A stretch of 64,000 nucleotides of DNA from NCBI GenBank assembly GCA_041687695.1, contig JAWLBL010000020.1:1-64000 (forward strand), given 5' to 3'. Position 1 is the stretch's first letter. Each line of letters opens with the position of its first letter. A program made the translations under genes and the position numbers. This DNA is from Myxococcota bacterium. Lineage in GTDB: Bacteria > Myxococcota_A > UBA9042 > PHBI01 > JAWLBL01. Of the stretch, positions 61,960 to 64,000 are shown in pieces. Below the pieces are notes generated by a model, which worked only from the letters and a program-made list of their open reading frames with translations, did not search any database and had not been told where the DNA came from.

Positions 61960-63060
61960 ATGCGCCGCATGTTCGCCCGGCGCCTCGCCCTCGTGCTCGC
62001 CCTCTCGCTCGCCGCGCCGTCGTGCGGCGGCGACGGCCACGAGGCCACCTACGTCGCGTCCGCCAAGGGCTGCCCCCGCGTCGACGACCACCTGGAACGG
62101 GTCTATGCCTTGCTGCAGGACGGTCGGCTCGATCACGTCCGGCAGCTGCTCGAGGCCTCGTTGACCGACGACGAGCGCGCCGATCTGGTGGTCACGGCGA
62201 TCCGCGTCGTGTCGGCCTTCGAGCCCGGCACCTTCGTGGCCCTCGGCGCGATGGCCGATCAGGTGGCCGAGGCCGACGACCTGCAGGCGACCCTCGGGCG
62301 GCTGCTGCGCTGGATCGCTGTCGACGGCGCCCGCGCCCCGCACGCCAGCGAGCTCGGGCGGGTCCGCATCCTGATGAACACCTGCGAGCTGCCGCCGATC
62401 CTGCGCCTCGTCGACGCCCTGCTCGCCGACGAGGCGCTGCAGCGCGCGTTGCTCGAGCTGTTGGCCGGCCTCGACCTGGGCGACGCGCTCGAGGGCGTCA
62501 CGATCGATGGCGAGTCCGGCCGCCCCGCGGTGCTCGCCCTGGCGCGCAACGTCCTCGTCGCCTTCACCAGCCCCGACTTCGACTTGGCTGTCCTCATCGA
62601 CCTCCTCGGCCTCGTCGTCGATGTCGAGGCCGAGCCCTGGCCGGCGGTGACGGCCGCGCTGGAGGACCTGCTCGGCCCCGGCGCGTCCCGGGACGCCCTG
62701 GTCGGCCTGGCTCACTGCCTGTTGACGGTCGACGCGGATCTCTCGCTGGTCGGCCTGATCTTCGACGCGGCGACCGATCCCGAGCTCGACCTCCTGGACA
62801 GCCTGAGCCTCCCAAAGTCCGACGCCGATGGCGGCTCGCTGCTGCCACCGACGTTGGCGGCGCCCCTCCACGCCGCCCTGCGCTTCCTCGCCGACGATCC
62901 GCCCGCGCTCACCAGCCTGATCGCGGTCCTGACCGCCGCGCTTCGCGACGACGTCGCCCCGGGTGTCCTGGCCGACCTGGCGGACGTGCTCGACGCCGGC
63001 GTCCTGGGCGACGTGGTGCGACTGCTCGGCGCCCTCGCCACGCGCGAGTGCCCCCTGTGA
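61960..63060 (+). CDS. hypothetical Leu-rich helical lipoprotein
   Basis: MRRMFARR + hydrophobic core + APSC lipobox-like site. Confidence 0.65.
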   Translation: MRRMFARRLALVLALSLAAPSCGGDGHEATYVASAKGCPRVDDHLERVYALLQDGRLDHVRQLLEASLTDDERADLVVTAIRVVSAFEPGTFVALGAMADQVAEADDLQATLGRLLRWIAVDGARAPHASELGRVRILMNTCELPPILRLVDALLADEALQRALLELLAGLDLGDALEGVTIDGESGRPAVLALARNVLVAFTSPDFDLAVLIDLLGLVVDVEAEPWPAVTAALEDLLGPGASRDALVGLAHCLLTVDADLSLVGLIFDAATDPELDLLDSLSLPKSDADGGSLLPPTLAAPLHAALRFLADDPPALTSLIAVLTAALRDDVAPGVLADLADVLDAGVLGDVVRLLGALATRECPL

Positions 63061-64000
63061 CGGCGGCTCGGCTGGTCGCGACCGCGGCGCTGGCCAGCGC
63101 CCTCGTCGCCTGGGACGGCGCCGCCTCCGGCAGCACCTTCGACGTCTTCGGCTTCCACCCGCGCGGCCTCGCGCTGGGCGGCGCCATGTCGGCGCCCGTC
63201 GACGACTACACCGCGACCTACTACAACCCGGCGGCCATCACCGTCCCCAAGCAGGTCAGCTTCGGCGCCGGGCTGACGCTGACGACGCCCCTGCTGGCCG
63301 TCGATCGCATCCGCCAGGACCCCGACTTCCCGACCGTCTTGCCCGACACGCACGCGGGCGTCTCGTTCGGCTGGCTCTACCCGCTCGGCGGCATCTTCAA
63401 GGACAAGCTCGCCCTGTCCATCGCCGGCTACCTGCCGGCCACGCGCATCGTCCGCGTCGAGGGGATCGACCCTCAGCTCCCGCAGTTCTACATGTACCAG
63501 AACCTGCAGGATAAGCTCCTGCTGCAGGGGGCCGTGGCGTGGGAGGTGACGCCGTGGCTCTCGGTGGGCGGCGGCGTGCAGATCCTGGCCGATCTCGTCG
63601 GTCACGCCGAGCTGAACCTGAACGTCCTCAACGGCTCGTTCCGCCGCACGGACCTGTCCGTCGAGCTGCAACCCTCCACCTCGCCCATGCTGGGCGTCCA
63701 CCTGCGCCCGGCGCGTGGCCTCGCCATCGGCCTGACCTGGCGGGGCTCGACGTCCCTCAGCTTCGATCTTCCGGTCCTGGTCACCGAGGGCGAGGCGCTC
63801 GCCCTGGCCATCGAGGTGGCGCAGACGGTCCTGTGGGCACCCGATCAGCTGACGTTCGGGGTGTCCTACGAGGTCGACGACCTGGATCTGCTGGTGACGA
63901 CCGAAGCCACCTATGCGCAGTGGTCCCGCGCGCCCGATCCCTCGCCGCGGCTGTCCGCCGACTTCTCGGGCGGGCTCGTCGACGCGCTCGGGTTGGGGCA
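63057..64000 (+). CDS. FadL/OmpP1-family outer-membrane transporter (runs off the window)
   Basis: Hand-translated from GTG 63057: signal peptide, FGFHPRGLALGGAMSA.VDDYTATYYNPAA; absent from the ORF track because there is no stop in the window. Confidence 0.8.
   Translation, partial: MTAARLVATAALASALVAWDGAASGSTFDVFGFHPRGLALGGAMSAPVDDYTATYYNPAAITVPKQVSFGAGLTLTTPLLAVDRIRQDPDFPTVLPDTHAGVSFGWLYPLGGIFKDKLALSIAGYLPATRIVRVEGIDPQLPQFYMYQNLQDKLLLQGAVAWEVTPWLSVGGGVQILADLVGHAELNLNVLNGSFRRTDLSVELQPSTSPMLGVHLRPARGLAIGLTWRGSTSLSFDLPVLVTEGEALALAIEVAQTVLWAPDQLTFGVSYEVDDLDLLVTTEATYAQWSRAPDPSPRLSADFSGGLVDALGLG

Overview
Very GC-rich chromosomal segment that looks like Myxococcota or a related deltaproteobacterium (inferred from Ser/Thr kinase-PEGA proteins, Cys-rich lipoproteins and FGE-domain proteins). 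Housekeeping genes: hemY, groES-groEL-grpE behind a CIRCE box, an RpoD-family sigma factor lacking region 1.1, mutS-glnD-OCD-xerD-site-2 protease-rluB, a deoB-like/PNP/cdd cluster, tRNA-Arg(CCG) and a CAT-anticodon tRNA. Many envelope and secreted proteins are interspersed. I found no prophage, CRISPR array, transposase or reverse transcriptase. Most notable: (1) a candidate sigma54-driven sRNA of five back-to-back hairpins at about 61.66-61.79 kb, with an upstream palindrome; (2) a 6-TM channel combining a voltage-sensor-like S1-S4, a CASTOR/POLLUX-type DPGN filter and RCK-like domains, next to a degenerate metallo-beta-lactamase gene; (3) intact ORFs that look like pseudo-enzymes; (4) three unrelated 157-172 bp MITEs with clear TIRs and TSDs; (5) gene 3' ends echoed as tandem repeats; (6) several unexplained palindromic operator-like arrays. 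All calls come from reading motifs by eye; no database search was run.
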